A stretch of DNA of 64,000 nt from Pseudomonadota bacterium (GTDB lineage: Bacteria > Pseudomonadota > Gammaproteobacteria > JAKAQQ01), in contig DAHVLZ010000009.1 of NCBI GenBank assembly GCA_027320085.1, positions 128,001 through 192,000 on the forward strand. The letters are read 5' to 3'. Under the pieces are notes generated by a model. The model searched no databases. It saw only the letters and a list, made by a program, of their open reading frames with translations, and had not been told where the DNA came from. This document shows positions 63,523-64,000 of the stretch, one piece after another (the stretch's first letter is position 1; each line of letters starts with the position of its first letter). The position numbers and the translations under genes were made by a program.

Positions 63523-64000
63523 ATGAGTGTGGAAGGCGGCACCGTTCATTCAATCGAGTTCAAGCGCGTCACGATGCGCTATCGACCGGATCTGGAGGCC
63601 GTCTCCGATCTTTCCTTGGAGATCCGGGCACGCGAAATGGTCTTCGTGACCGGTCCGTCCGGAGCCGGCAAAAGCACCCTTTTGCGTCTCCTGGCTGCCT
63701 TGGAACGGCCGACCCGGGGTCAGCTCTGGGTCTGGGGCAGGAATGTCGGAACTCTTGCATCAAGGCGCATCCCCGCCTACAGGCGGGGCATCGGCCTTGT
63801 ATTTCAAGATCACCGTTTGCTGCTCGACCGGACAGTTTTTGATAACGTCGCACTCCCGCTCGTGATCACCGGTGCTCCCAGGCGTGAGATCACCCAGCGC
63901 GTCCGGGGCGCCCTCCAGACCGTCGGACTTCTGTCTCGAGAGCAGGAACGGCCAGCAATCCTGTCCGGGGGGGAGCAACAAAGGGTGGGAATTGCCCGTG
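63523..64000 (+). CDS. ftsE: Cell division ATPase FtsE (partial, runs off the window end)
   Basis: MSVEGG..IEFKRV..RY, EMVFVTGPSGAGKST, VFQDHRLL.DR.VFDNVALPL, LSGGEQQRVGIAR; not in the supplied ORF track. Confidence 0.88.
   Translation, partial: MSVEGGTVHSIEFKRVTMRYRPDLEAVSDLSLEIRAREMVFVTGPSGAGKSTLLRLLAALERPTRGQLWVWGRNVGTLASRRIPAYRRGIGLVFQDHRLLLDRTVFDNVALPLVITGAPRREITQRVRGALQTVGLLSREQERPAILSGGEQQRVGIAR

Overview
A GC-rich gammaproteobacterial chromosomal segment, probably from an acidophile (inferred from protein composition), made mostly of housekeeping genes. In order: TPP riboswitch plus partial thiC, KirBac-type channel, pcm-tolC, waaA, hldE, lpxL, a Fur-led metal-transport cluster with an NRAMP-related (NRMT-type) transporter, cpdA, acs, a lone DGQHR-domain gene, PPi-type pfk, adk, rsmI/lpoA, a degenerate-GGDEF/EAL protein, an M16 peptidase pair, pstSCA (no pstB or phoU), metK-ahcY, thx-nodIJ, metY-metX-hom, split class II RNR (nrdJa with a 411-aa intein, nrdJb), degQ, cutA-tlpA-aroQ-accBC, fis-purH-purD, trxA-rho, yadGH, coaD, rsmD, a surface lipase and partial ftsE. 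No CRISPR array, rRNA, tRNA or transposase was seen. The best candidate for an undescribed system is a complete-looking Cys/Met leader-peptide attenuator in front of metY-metX-hom: a sigma70 promoter, a leaderless-type sORF with M-C-C-C-L-M, an antiterminator and an intrinsic terminator. Next are a ~330-nt switch-like leader before the NRMT gene, an RNR intein with a decayed endonuclease, a KirBac with a GSG filter and an orphan DGQHR protein. All calls come from reading motifs by eye; no database search or folding program was run.
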